From a virus, in UHGV virus genome UHGV-0229226: 26,755 nt of DNA. The stretch is one strand, 5' to 3'. The notes under the pieces were generated by a model. It was given only the letters and a program-made list of their open reading frames with translations. It did not search any database and was not told where the DNA came from. Of the stretch, positions 1 through 9,060 are shown piece by piece; position 1 is the stretch's first letter; each line of letters starts with the position of its first letter. The position numbers and the translations under genes were made by a program.

Positions 1-391
1 CCTCCTGCTCTGGATCGGCTTCGCTGTTTCCGTTGACGAAGTTCACCACATCCAGAAAACGGGCGTAAACCTTACGCCTGACCACCGTTCCGCCGACCAG
101 ACTCTGCAGGTCTTCCGCCATCCCGGTGACCATGCCGTGCAGATTAGAGACTTTCAGCGTTGGCCTTGCACTGGCTCCTTTGCCGTTCATCTCAAATCCA
201 CTTCCCTGAATGGGATAGGCCTGATACTGCCGCCCCTGCCAGGTGACTGGTTCACCTTTTTCGTTCTGCTCATTACAGAAGAAATAACGATCTCCGCCGA
301 CCTCTGTCAGATCAATTTCCCAGAGCACGACCAGCGCGGATTGCTCCGTTTTAGTGCACTCATTGAGTGTTTCCTGCTGTATATCCTGCAT
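1..391 (-). CDS. L: Minor tail protein L (lambda gpL-like); partial, 3' end lies beyond the window start
   Basis: Not in the ORF track because it has no stop inside the window. Reading the minus strand from the ATG at 391..389 gives MQDIQQETLNECTKTEQSALVVLWEIDLTEVGG..., which closely matches my memory of lambda gpL. Its ATG overlaps the stop of the upstream M gene (ATGA). Confidence 0.85.
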   Translation of the reverse strand, partial: MQDIQQETLNECTKTEQSALVVLWEIDLTEVGGDRYFFCNEQNEKGEPVTWQGRQYQAYPIQGSGFEMNGKGASARPTLKVSNLHGMVTGMAEDLQSLVGGTVVRRKVYARFLDVVNFVNGNSEADPEQE

Positions 392-690
392 CAGTGAGTG
401 ACCTCTTCAAAGGTACAGTTAAAATCGGTATACATGGCATTATCCGAAATGCTCCACTCCCTGCAGACAACCCGGACAGTCCTGTTGTGTTTTGGCGGAC
501 GCCACAAAAAAGCACGAACCCCGGCATGACGGGATAAAAAACTGTCCAGCGCGGCACGGGAATATTCATCCGTGACACGAAATACCGGTTTAAACGTTTT
601 CAGATCTGCATTCAGACCACCAGCCCGTCGCTGTTCATATCCGTCACCGAACTTTACCGTAATAACAGATGGCTTTCGTGTCGTCTCCAT
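391..690 (-). CDS. M: Minor tail protein M (lambda gpM-like)
   Basis: From the internal ATG at 690: METTRKPSVITVKFGDGYEQRRAGGLNADLKTF..., matching the lambda gpM pattern (VRFGDGYSQRAPAGLNANLKTY) as I recall it. The ORF-track ORF 391..777 extends upstream into the tape measure 3' end; 690 is the likely true start. Confidence 0.85.
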   Translation of the reverse strand: METTRKPSVITVKFGDGYEQRRAGGLNADLKTFKPVFRVTDEYSRAALDSFLSRHAGVRAFLWRPPKHNRTVRVVCREWSISDNAMYTDFNCTFEEVTH

Positions 691-724
691 CCCCTCGCGG
701 GGGATCCAGTTAAAAACTTCAGAT

Positions 725-3700
725 TCAGGCACTGCATAATCCTCCGTCCCGACGTGATGACTGCATAATTGACACAACCCTGCTGTCGATCAGATCCACC
801 AGTCCCCTGGCTGACTGCGTATCTATCTCGCCATTGCTCCCTTTATTCTGAATACTGATGTGATATACGGGAGAATAAACAAATCCACCGCCACCATTCA
901 CATTGCCAATGGCTCTGACTCCAAGAGAGCCGTCCGCTGCCCGAGTCAGTGGCATGATAGCTTCAGGCCCGGCCTCGCCCATCAGCCCGGCACCTTTCGC
1001 AAAAGCAAAATACGTCGGGGTATCCACAATGGTGTTACTGTAAGCACTCAGATTTGCCGATGTATAAACACCACCTTTTGCGTTTGCCACTGCACCGGAA
1101 AGCCAGTCGCCGACTGTACCAAGCCATCCTCCGGCACCGGACATGCTTTTGGAAAGTGACTTCAGCCCGTTAACGATGGCAGCGTTCATCAGAATTTTTG
1201 AAACTTCCTGGAGAATTGAACTCCCCCAGTTTCTCCAGTCCACAACATTTCCGGCCAGTGCATCGGAAATATTTGATACCAGCCCGTCCATAGTGGAAAC
1301 GACAGCATCTGCCGCCTGCGAAGCATAATCGGTGGCACTGTCTGCCCAGTTCGTCAGTCCCTCCTGGAGTCCGGCATTCCAGTTACTGCGTAAAGCATCA
1401 GCCTTTGCATAATAATCCTGCTGATCGCTGAGACGCTCTTCCAGATATTTTTCATTCAGAGATTTTTCCTGTTTCCACAGGGCTTCTTCAATTTCTCCGG
1501 CCTGATACTGTCTCAGTAGCTCGTTATTTTTCTGCTCAAACTCCTGCCGGATGCTCCACATTTCCTGAAGTCGTTCACGCATCCGTGAGCCTTCACCATA
1601 TCCCAGTAACTGAGCCTCATTTGATGCTCTGACACTGGCATTACTGGCCGCCAGACTGCTCTCATACGCAGCAAGCTGCTCACGAATCTTTTTCTGGTCG
1701 ATGAGTGCTGCATTCTGCAAAAGCGTTTTTTTCTGCGCTTCTGACAGGGTTGATAATTCGCCCTGGCTGACCTGATATTTCATCTTAGCCAGTTCAGTAT
1801 TCTGCCCTGCCAGTGCTATTTGCTCTTTTTGCTGTTTAATCAGTCGCTTATAAGTATCTTCTATTTTTTCCGCTTCGGTCTTTTTATGCGCTTTGGGTTT
1901 ATTTGCCTGGTTATTTCGCCATGCATCCAGTGAGTTATTTATATAATTCAGTCTTGCTGTCTGATACGCCTCTCCCACAAAGCCGAGATCATCCGCAGCA
2001 TAACCCAGGCGGGCACGCTCACGGGCTTCCCCCTTCAGGCGGGACAGAGCCAGTTCGCGCTCGCTGTTATTCAGTGCGGTCTGCTGTTTATCATCCAGGG
2101 TTGCCTGTGGTAGCCGTAACGGTACATTCACCAGCCCCTGTCGCTGCTGAAGTAATTCATTACCGAGCCCGAGAAGGCGATTAAACTCGGTATGCTGCCC
2201 ATTCATGATCAACAGGGACTGATACGCTTTGTTTTGTTCCGCTGCCTGTTGACGGATCAACGCCACCCGTCGCTCCTCCAGCCCGGCAAGCACATCCTGA
2301 ATGGATTGCGCTTTGCCCTGCATTTGAGTGAGGCGAGACTGTTCAACTGCCAGTTGATTTGTTGCTTCTGCAAGCCCTTCTGTGACAGTTTTTACCGACG
2401 TCATGTGGTTAATCATAAAACCGTTATCGGTTGTCCAACCCGGATTTGCCAGCACATACTGATAGCCAGCAATTTTTTCCTGTAAGGATTTAATCTTACT
2501 TTTCTGCTCGTCAATTAACCTGTTTTGCTCCTTCAGTGCCTGTCGCGTCTTTTCCTCATTATCTGACGCTTCAGGAAGCGACATTGCCGACGTTTTCTGG
2601 CGAATTTCGTCGATTGTTGCGGCATACTGGCGTGCAGATTCTCTGGCCTGCTCCTGATTCTGATACATCGTGTACCAGGCCGCAGCCCCCAGCATGACGA
2701 GTCCCGGCACACCACCAACCAGCCCCAGCGCGCCACTTAATAAACGACTCCCCACTGACGTAACATTATTCAGCGTTGTCTGTGCCGCTGTTCTGGCCGC
2801 AATATTACGGGTAAGTGACGCCTGGGCAGCTGTCAGCTTCGCTTCTGCTGCGGCCTGCCTTTCGGTACCGCGAGCAGCAACAACCGCCTGTTGCGCACGA
2901 TAAACCGCCGCACGCGCCCTGGCGGTTGCTATCTGTGTCCCCCGAAGTTGCACTTCAGCAAGAGCCACTTCGTTTCTGGCTGCAGTAATTAATCCGGCAG
3001 TTGCAGATCCAGCAGACGACGCCATATTGCCAAAATATCGGGCTACCCCGACGGCAACCAGAGCACCGGCAGCGGTTGCCACGGTGTCAATATTGCCTGC
3101 AATACCATTCAGCACACCGGAGAGCGTCTTCGTCACTCCGCTTGCCTCGTTCGCACCACCAACCCAGGCCATAAAGGCGTTTTCAACTTTGGTTGCAGAG
3201 GATGAAACCGTATCAGGCATTGCCGCATATTCATCACGTAATGCCCCAAGCTGACTAATCAGTGCAGGAACAACCTTATCGGCGGTCAACTTTCCGTTAT
3301 CCGCCATGGCCTTCAGATCCTTACGGGCAACTCCCATTCCCGCAGCCAGAGCACGAATAACACGATCGCCGTTCTCATTCACCGAGTTAAACTCTTCACC
3401 GCGCAGCACTCCCTGCGCCAGAGCCTGACTGAACTGCGTGATCACCGAACTGGCTTCTGCTGTACTGGCACCGGATAATTTCAGGCCCGTGGAGATCGCC
3501 TCGGTGACTTTCAATACCTCCTCAGAACTGTAACCATACTCCCGCATGGAAGCTGCAGAGCGGGCAAAAAGGCTGGCGTTATCAGAAAAAGCCGTCCCCG
3601 TTCTCTGGCTGATCGCCATTAATTCACGCTGTGATGACTGAAAATCATCACTGGACTGTGAGGCCTGCTTCAGACGGGCATTTACTGAATTCCACTCATC

Positions 3701-3970
3701 GGCGAGAGAAATAAGATGACCGGTAGCAAAAGCCCCGGCAAATGCCCCCGCCATGTTCAGTGCCGAAGATTTAGCTGTATTTATCTGATCCGTCACTTCT
3801 GCCAGTGCACGCCGCATTTCACGGGATGCAGCAGCGGACTGTCGGCCTCCGTTCTGCATGGTACGGTAGTAATCCTGCCCCATACGCGAAGCCCGGGAGA
3901 TCTCTGACTGGAATGACCGGGAATTTGCCGAGATTTTAATAATCAGTTCACGTAATGTCGCCACACTCAT
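725..3970 (-). CDS. H: Tail tape measure protein (lambda gpH-like)
   Basis: 1081-aa ORF, Ala/Gln-rich with long predicted helical and coiled-coil stretches and glycine-rich hydrophobic segments, sitting between the chaperone pair and M/L as in lambda. Confidence 0.9.
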   Translation of the reverse strand: MSVATLRELIIKISANSRSFQSEISRASRMGQDYYRTMQNGGRQSAAASREMRRALAEVTDQINTAKSSALNMAGAFAGAFATGHLISLADEWNSVNARLKQASQSSDDFQSSQRELMAISQRTGTAFSDNASLFARSAASMREYGYSSEEVLKVTEAISTGLKLSGASTAEASSVITQFSQALAQGVLRGEEFNSVNENGDRVIRALAAGMGVARKDLKAMADNGKLTADKVVPALISQLGALRDEYAAMPDTVSSSATKVENAFMAWVGGANEASGVTKTLSGVLNGIAGNIDTVATAAGALVAVGVARYFGNMASSAGSATAGLITAARNEVALAEVQLRGTQIATARARAAVYRAQQAVVAARGTERQAAAEAKLTAAQASLTRNIAARTAAQTTLNNVTSVGSRLLSGALGLVGGVPGLVMLGAAAWYTMYQNQEQARESARQYAATIDEIRQKTSAMSLPEASDNEEKTRQALKEQNRLIDEQKSKIKSLQEKIAGYQYVLANPGWTTDNGFMINHMTSVKTVTEGLAEATNQLAVEQSRLTQMQGKAQSIQDVLAGLEERRVALIRQQAAEQNKAYQSLLIMNGQHTEFNRLLGLGNELLQQRQGLVNVPLRLPQATLDDKQQTALNNSERELALSRLKGEARERARLGYAADDLGFVGEAYQTARLNYINNSLDAWRNNQANKPKAHKKTEAEKIEDTYKRLIKQQKEQIALAGQNTELAKMKYQVSQGELSTLSEAQKKTLLQNAALIDQKKIREQLAAYESSLAASNASVRASNEAQLLGYGEGSRMRERLQEMWSIRQEFEQKNNELLRQYQAGEIEEALWKQEKSLNEKYLEERLSDQQDYYAKADALRSNWNAGLQEGLTNWADSATDYASQAADAVVSTMDGLVSNISDALAGNVVDWRNWGSSILQEVSKILMNAAIVNGLKSLSKSMSGAGGWLGTVGDWLSGAVANAKGGVYTSANLSAYSNTIVDTPTYFAFAKGAGLMGEAGPEAIMPLTRAADGSLGVRAIGNVNGGGGFVYSPVYHISIQNKGSNGEIDTQSARGLVDLIDSRVVSIMQSSRRDGGLCSA

Positions 3971-3980
3971 TCTCCGGACG

Positions 3981-4002
3981 AAAAAAAACCGCCGAAGCGG
4001 TT
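3981..4002 (-). terminator. Stem-loop plus U-run between GT and tape measure genes (attenuator or terminator-like)
   Basis: Minus-strand reading: AACCGC-TTCG-GCGGTT hairpin followed by T8, lying in the 40-nt gap between the T stop (4011) and the H start (3970). Confidence 0.35.
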
Positions 4003-4010
4003 ATGTTGAC

Positions 4011-4699
4011 TCACTGAGACACTATTAAAAGCGCGTTTTCCAGTCCAGCAAATGGATCTGATACGCCTTCTGTCTGCTCCTTCTCCCACTGAAGAAGCGC
4101 ATCATTCAGTGGCACTTTGACCCCCTGCGCACCGTAAACAGCTGAAACAATCTGGGCAGCCCGGATATCAGCCCGTTCGTCCCCCAGCGGGCTGAACCTG
4201 TCAAATTCTGCCCACATCATGATTTCTGATGCGGACATTTCCCGGCGTAACTCTGACAATGTGCGCCCCATCCTGAGCGCCAGCATCATCAGAAAACGCA
4301 TCCCCGGAAGCGCTACTTTTTTTTAACCTCGCCGGCATCACTGATCAGTTCCAGAGACTGCCGAAGAAGCCGCGCATGCACCGGGCCATACACGGCAATC
4401 ACCTGTTCACGATCATCCTCTGAAAATACAGGTTGCAGTCCGGTATCACACAGAACATCGATGAACAGTTCAACATCCGCTTCCAGATTTCGGCGGGCGC
4501 GCTCCGCAACGGATAACGGTGTCTCATCATCTTTTGCTTTAACGATCTCCTGCCAGCGCAACCAGGCTTCTGCAGAAGGTTCCCGTAATACAACCGTTGC
4601 CCCTTCCCATTCAGGCACATCAACAGTTTTATGGCGAAACCCCGACATCGTTGCCAGTGCCAGATTACGGATATTTTTAGTCATCACATCTATCCTCAT
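4011..4699 (-). CDS. GT: Tail assembly chaperone GT fusion made by programmed -1 ribosomal frameshift
   Basis: The -1 frame ORF 4011..4301 (continuing upstream to 4322) overlaps the G 3' end. The mRNA reads GTT AAA AAA AAG TAG, i.e. an A-AAA-AAG heptamer; after a -1 slip translation continues ...KK-VALPGMRFLMM.... Confidence 0.7.
4313..4699 (-). CDS. G: Tail assembly chaperone (lambda gpG-like)
   Basis: 128-aa ORF directly downstream of the major tail gene (stop/start overlap TAATG at 4699). It ends ...GEVKKK on a poly-A slippery run and is followed by a -1 frame ORF, the classic G/GT arrangement. Confidence 0.8.
   Translation of the reverse strand: MRIDVMTKNIRNLALATMSGFRHKTVDVPEWEGATVVLREPSAEAWLRWQEIVKAKDDETPLSVAERARRNLEADVELFIDVLCDTGLQPVFSEDDREQVIAVYGPVHARLLRQSLELISDAGEVKKK
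4316..4322 (-). other. Slippery heptamer A-AAA-AAG for the G/GT -1 frameshift
   Basis: Run of 8 A on the mRNA at the very end of G. The heptamer is the same X-XXY-YYZ type as the E. coli dnaX frameshift site. The -1 frame is open from this point. Confidence 0.65.
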
Positions 4700-5403
4700 T
4701 AACTGACGGTAACAGTGCAGGAAGTAGAGGTCACCTTGTTAACAGGGCTTGCTGAATCAGAAATCTCGCAGGTATACGCACCGGCATCACCGGATGCTGC
4801 TGATGCCTTACTGAACGTTGCCGCCGTCTGTCCGGAAACAGGAGAACCACCTTTTTTCCAGGCATAAGAATAAGGCGGCACACCACCCGCAGCCTCAACC
4901 GCCATTTCAAGTTTCGCTCCAGAAGAAACCCGCAGCGTGCTTTTTAAATCGACCTTCACTTTCAGCGGCTCTGTCGTCAGCACAGGTTTACCTTTCAGGC
5001 GCAGAGAAAACGTTGCAGCCACAACACCATTGGTTCCTGCAGACCAGGTATGCTGACGCACCTCTGCCATAAAGGTAAATCCGTTGCCTGACGGAAAAAT
5101 AACTTTAAAGCCATACGTGGTGTCATTGTCATAGGCACTGCGCAACGCGTTCTGGGCAGCATTCAGATAAAAGTTGCCTGACATGGAAATCTCTGAAGCA
5201 GCCCCAAGGCCGTTAATATTTTCCTGCTCAACAGAACACAGCGTGGTGACATCAATATCCTGCTTTTGTCCTGCGGTAAACTGCACCTCTTTGATTGTAC
5301 AGCTCAGGCCAAGATAGCTGGCAGAATCCAGGGTTTCTGCTGTTACCGGTGCAGACGAAATCATAATTTTCGTCAGTTGCGAACGCTCAAAATTAGAGGA
5401 CAT
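4699..5403 (-). CDS. Major tail protein with C-terminal Ig-like (Big_2-type) domain
   Basis: 234-aa ORF directly upstream of the G/GT pair. The C-terminal segment (GGVPPYSYAWKKGGSPVSGQTAATF...YTCEISD...TVTVS) looks like a bacterial Ig-like domain, as on lambda gpV. Confidence 0.8.
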   Translation of the reverse strand: MSSNFERSQLTKIMISSAPVTAETLDSASYLGLSCTIKEVQFTAGQKQDIDVTTLCSVEQENINGLGAASEISMSGNFYLNAAQNALRSAYDNDTTYGFKVIFPSGNGFTFMAEVRQHTWSAGTNGVVAATFSLRLKGKPVLTTEPLKVKVDLKSTLRVSSGAKLEMAVEAAGGVPPYSYAWKKGGSPVSGQTAATFSKASAASGDAGAYTCEISDSASPVNKVTSTSCTVTVS

Positions 5404-5414
5404 ACTCGTCTCCT

Positions 5415-5442
5415 GAAAATAATAAAACCCGCCAGCGGCGGG
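5415..5442 (-). terminator. Hairpin plus U-rich tract upstream of the major tail gene
   Basis: CCCGCC-GCT-GGCGGG stem-loop followed on the minus strand by TTTTATTATTTT, between the stop at 5464 and the major tail start at 5403. Confidence 0.4.
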
Positions 5443-5463
5443 TGGGTAAAATCATTAATGACC

Positions 5464-5808
5464 TCAGGCTATTACCTGGAATTCAAGCGTGGCTCTGCTC
5501 AGACGGGAGTCAGGATCATAACCCTGCGTTTTAGAAATAACGGAGGGTGCCAGTTTTCTTACCGCATCAAGCGCCTGCTCACGAATATTATCTGCGTCAT
5601 CAGGTACTGTCGCCCAGACATCGATCTGCACGGTAATTCTGGATTCAGCCTGCCCATCAAGCACATCAGATGCCGTGTCAGACACCACAGAAAACACCAG
5701 CCACGGCGGAGATACCGCAGGCTTTCCCTCCGTCAGCGGGACCACATAAGGATAAACCTGTCCTCCGGCCAGCTGAGACAACAGGGAATACAGTGTGCCC
5801 TCCCTCAT
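5464..5808 (-). CDS. Tail component, probable tail terminator or completion protein
   Basis: 114-aa ORF translationally coupled between the HK97 gp10-like gene and the major tail gene. Assigned by position only. Confidence 0.45.
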   Translation of the reverse strand: MREGTLYSLLSQLAGGQVYPYVVPLTEGKPAVSPPWLVFSVVSDTASDVLDGQAESRITVQIDVWATVPDDADNIREQALDAVRKLAPSVISKTQGYDPDSRLSRATLEFQVIA

Positions 5809-6254
5809 TTACTTAAGACCTCATCAATAGCCTGATTCATTCGCTGTATGGCAACCTGCGCCGCCAGCTCCTCTGTCGTATCGAAAGCCGGGCGAATGAA
5901 TGGATGCGCGGGCATGTTTATCGTTCCCAGCTCCACAAAGCGCCAGTAAAATGCATTTCGGGGATCGCTGGCTTTCATGCTGTTATCACTGTTTCCGGTT
6001 CGCAGGTTCCGTCCGCGAATGTGGACACCCGAGATAATTTCCCCCCGACGCTTTGAACGCTGAGTGAGAACAACCACATTTTTCTTCAGTTTCCCGGTTC
6101 GCTCCGGCGCACGTTCAACAACTGCATCCCGCATAACTTCAGCACCGGCACGGGTGGCATCGCGCAGAACCTTATTGTTTTCTGCCCTGCTGAGCGTCTC
6201 CAAATCCCGTGCAATATCCGCCAGGCCGGAAAAATCAAGACTGAAATCCATCAC
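5805..6254 (-). CDS. HK97 gp10-family head-tail joining protein
   Basis: 149-aa ORF; the FVELGTINMPAHPFIRPA motif is typical of the HK97 gp10 family as I remember it. Lies in the head-tail connector module. Confidence 0.6.
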   Translation of the reverse strand: MMDFSLDFSGLADIARDLETLSRAENNKVLRDATRAGAEVMRDAVVERAPERTGKLKKNVVVLTQRSKRRGEIISGVHIRGRNLRTGNSDNSMKASDPRNAFYWRFVELGTINMPAHPFIRPAFDTTEELAAQVAIQRMNQAIDEVLSK

Positions 6255-6589
6255 ACATTCCCCTTCAGGCTGCAGAGTATTTCAAGCCGGGTAGCGCGTG
6301 CATCCGGTATTGGTGGACCTTCTATACCCAGAATGGCCCCTTTAAATGCACCGGTCAGCACTTTCAGACGTGAAGTCGCTGTCACATCGCGCCGGAATCT
6401 CATCCAGACTCTGACCGTAGCCTGAGCGGTTTCTGCTCCGCCTGAGATTATCTCCCTCCCGCTGATACCCTTAACTTCTGCCCATACGGTAGCTCCCTCC
6501 GTCACCGTCTCCACCGGATGCCCTGACGGAGACCGAACGGTGGTGGCATTCAGAATAACCACACGATCACGTAATCTTCCTGCCTGCAT
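6251..6589 (-). CDS. Head-tail adaptor / head closure protein
   Basis: 112-aa ORF with 4-nt overlaps to its neighbours, in the conserved position after the gp6-like connector. Confidence 0.6.
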   Translation of the reverse strand: MQAGRLRDRVVILNATTVRSPSGHPVETVTEGATVWAEVKGISGREIISGGAETAQATVRVWMRFRRDVTATSRLKVLTGAFKGAILGIEGPPIPDARATRLEILCSLKGNV

Positions 6590-6597
6590 GAATCCTC

Positions 6598-6903
6598 CTA
6601 TGTTCCGGGATGAAATCGATACATCCGCAGTCCGGTATAGAAAAAATCAGGCACTGCATCCTGCATTTCCCTGTTCTCGTACCAGTAGCCAACCAGTTGC
6701 ATAAGACGCAGTTTTATCAGAGGTGTTATTACAAGCCCGGTCGTATCCTGCTCAGAAACAGTTTCATCGTAAAGCGTCCGGTTTAAAAACTTTTCAGCCT
6801 CTTCCCTGGCAGCAGCCAGATACATCATAAGAAGAGAATTCTCCTGTTCATTGTCATCATCAATCCGGCACTGAACACGAAGCTCTTCCAGAGTGGGCAT
6901 CAT
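6598..6903 (-). CDS. gp6-like head-tail connector protein
   Basis: 101-aa acidic ORF (MMPTLEELRVQCRIDDDNEQ...) in the position of the HK97 gp6 family. Confidence 0.6.
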   Translation of the reverse strand: MMPTLEELRVQCRIDDDNEQENSLLMMYLAAAREEAEKFLNRTLYDETVSEQDTTGLVITPLIKLRLMQLVGYWYENREMQDAVPDFFYTGLRMYRFHPGT

Positions 6904-6914
6904 TTGGGCAACCT

Positions 6915-7103
6915 CTATGAATGCTGTTTTTTAGACTTATCAGCCCCCCGCGCAACAGGTGTTCTCTTATCAGAGACAATCCCAGCTGCAGTGGCAATTT
7001 CGCGTACCCGTTCGGGTAATTCTTTATCTTCATACTCACCGGCCCGAATAATCTCAACACGCATACCGTCCGGTGACCATTTCAGATCTTGTTTCAGGAT
7101 CAT
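6915..7103 (-). CDS. Hypothetical small protein between capsid and connector genes
   Basis: 62-aa ORF with ATG at 7103..7101 preceded by AGGTGA at good spacing. No family recognised. Confidence 0.35.
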   Translation of the reverse strand: MILKQDLKWSPDGMRVEIIRAGEYEDKELPERVREIATAAGIVSDKRTPVARGADKSKKQHS

Positions 7104-7125
7104 GATTCTTTCACCTGTCAGAACA

Positions 7126-7145
7126 GGGGCGCACTTCTGCGCCCC
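7126..7145 (-). terminator. GC-rich hairpin immediately after the major capsid gene
   Basis: GGGGCGCA-GAAG-TGCGCCCC, a perfect 8-bp stem 9 nt after the capsid stop. The U-run after it is weak, so it may stabilise or attenuate the mRNA rather than terminate efficiently. Confidence 0.4.
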
Positions 7146-7153
7146 CTGAATGA

Positions 7154-8359
7154 TTACGCTGCTGCAATCTTCAGCAGTTTGATGGCCTGCGAATCGACCA
7201 GCATCCCGCCGGTGCGCTTGGTGGTATAAAAACCGACAAACGGTTTATTGGTGTACGGGTCACGCAGAATGCGGGTGCCGATACGGTCAACGATGGTGTA
7301 ACCCCGTTTGAAGTTACCAAATGCAATGGCTTTCGCATCAGCGGCGATATCCGGCATCTGTTCGTTTTCAGCGATACCGTAACCCGCCAGAGAGGACGGC
7401 TGCCCCAGTTCCAGCCCTGGACGCCACAGATAGTTACCCTCGCTGTCTTTAAGCAGACGGATGGCAAACAGGCTGTTGTTGTTCATCATGAACTTCGCGC
7501 CAGTGCGGTGTGCCTTACGCAGCGTGTAAATCAGTTTGATAATGGCATCTGCGGTCACTGCCGTCGCTTCGCCGGATACAATATGCTGAAGTTTGCCGAA
7601 CGCCCGGACCTTGTCGGTTTCATCAGTGGACTCATACGCCAGGAACCCTTTCGGCTTCTTGGTACCATCGCCGGTGGTAAAGGCAATTTCTTCCTGTTCG
7701 GCAAATTCGGTTGCCAGCTCGCTGTTGATCCATGCTTCCACGTTGAAAAAGGCATCATCCAGCATTTTCTGGGTGGCCTGCGGGTTACCGTAGATTTCCC
7801 CCATGAAAGGTTCAATCAGGCCCAGTTTTGAGGTGGCAGTCTGGGAGCGCGCGTCAGTCTCGCCAACCCATCCGGAAGCCGTGCCGCCCAGATTCACCAG
7901 TTTTTTGTAGTCGGAACCGCCAACGGTGATCACCGTGGCTTCCTGGCGCATCACCACTTCATCTTTCAGCAGATTGAGAATGTTGCGATCCAGTTCTTCC
8001 GGCACGGCATAGCCGCCGTCTTCATCGGTGCCCACCTGTAATGCCTTACGCTCCAGATCGCGCAGACCATCTTCACGGCCTTTACGCAGGAAGCCCACAA
8101 ACGCTTCTTTATGCTCGGTGGTCAGTTTATTTTGCGCACCACCTGCCGGACGTTTCAGCTCAAGCAGCTCTTTTTCAAGATCGCTTTTGAGGTTTTCCAG
8201 CTCGCTGAGTTTTCCGTTCAGGGTTTCCACCTGCCCGGCAAGTTTGCCTTTTTCCTGCTCAATCGCATCCACGCGCTTGTCGTTCTTTGCTTTGAAGTCG
8301 TCAAACTTCTGCTGCAGCTCCTGCGCGACCTGTTCGACATCTTTAATATCAACCGCCAT
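7154..8359 (-). CDS. Major capsid protein, HK97 family, with N-terminal delta (scaffold) domain
   Basis: 401-aa ORF. The first ~100 aa are a charged coiled coil (the delta domain); the rest looks like an HK97-fold capsid protein. No separate scaffold gene is present. Confidence 0.9.
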   Translation of the reverse strand: MAVDIKDVEQVAQELQQKFDDFKAKNDKRVDAIEQEKGKLAGQVETLNGKLSELENLKSDLEKELLELKRPAGGAQNKLTTEHKEAFVGFLRKGREDGLRDLERKALQVGTDEDGGYAVPEELDRNILNLLKDEVVMRQEATVITVGGSDYKKLVNLGGTASGWVGETDARSQTATSKLGLIEPFMGEIYGNPQATQKMLDDAFFNVEAWINSELATEFAEQEEIAFTTGDGTKKPKGFLAYESTDETDKVRAFGKLQHIVSGEATAVTADAIIKLIYTLRKAHRTGAKFMMNNNSLFAIRLLKDSEGNYLWRPGLELGQPSSLAGYGIAENEQMPDIAADAKAIAFGNFKRGYTIVDRIGTRILRDPYTNKPFVGFYTTKRTGGMLVDSQAIKLLKIAAA

Positions 8360-8373
8360 CGTATTTCTCCTGA

Positions 8374-9060
8374 TTAGAAGTTCAGATTTTTCAGTGCATT
8401 CAGTGCAGAGCCCACATCCTCAGCGTCGCGCAGGGACAGTGCGCCATAGCCCCCGGCCATGAATGCTTTGGCCTGGGTACGGGAGAGTCCGACATCACGC
8501 AGGACTCTTTCGATTTTTTTCTGTTCGGGGATTTCCCCGCGGGCCAGTGCGTTCTTGACGTCGCTGATCCGCGCCTCGTCGTTAGACGGGAACGTCACCA
8601 GGCTGACTTCCCAGAGGTCGATTTCTTTCAGCAGAAAGGCTTCTTTGCTCCGGTCGTATTCCCAGTCTTTCAGGACGTACCCAATAGAAAGGCCGGTTAA
8701 CGAACCGGCCTTCATGTGTGCATGTGCGCGTTTTGCGAGGGGATCATCATCAATAAGCAACCGTCCCCTGACGTAAAGCCCGACATCGTCTTCCTTCATT
8801 TCGGTGTAAACACCGATGGGTTCATCCATGCGGTGCTGCCAGAGCAGCGCAGGTAACGCTTTTCTGTCACTCCACGCCCGCAGGGAAGCAGCAAATGCCC
8901 CGGACATCACCACATCATCGTGGCTGTCCTTTACACCAAAGACGGAGCCATACCCTTCAAACTCACCGGAGTCACTGACAGATTTCAGACTCAGCGGTAC
9001 ATCAAGACGTTGTTTCGTCTGCATTGGCGTTATCCTTCTGCTTACCGGCTTTACTGCCAT
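8374..9060 (-). CDS. Prohead protease, HK97 family
   Basis: 228-aa ORF between portal and capsid. Start is uncertain (9060 or the internal Met at 9024) because the ORF overlaps the portal 3' end. Confidence 0.85.
   Translation of the reverse strand: MAVKPVSRRITPMQTKQRLDVPLSLKSVSDSGEFEGYGSVFGVKDSHDDVVMSGAFAASLRAWSDRKALPALLWQHRMDEPIGVYTEMKEDDVGLYVRGRLLIDDDPLAKRAHAHMKAGSLTGLSIGYVLKDWEYDRSKEAFLLKEIDLWEVSLVTFPSNDEARISDVKNALARGEIPEQKKIERVLRDVGLSRTQAKAFMAGGYGALSLRDAEDVGSALNALKNLNF

Noticed and set aside
137-397. 86-aa plus-strand ORF at the left edge
   Set aside because: It is antisense to the clearly recognisable lambda-L-like coding sequence on the minus strand, which starts at 391 and runs off the window.
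860-3254. Several 60-100-aa plus-strand ORFs inside the tape measure gene (for example 860..1159, 1903..2184, 2670..2903, 3027..3254)
   Set aside because: All lie antisense within the 1081-aa tape measure ORF; they have biased composition typical of antisense frames in GC-rich coding sequence and no ribosome-binding sites.
8028-8462. 144-aa Ser/Pro/Arg-rich plus-strand ORF
   Set aside because: Antisense to the major capsid gene; low-complexity composition typical of a reverse-frame artefact.
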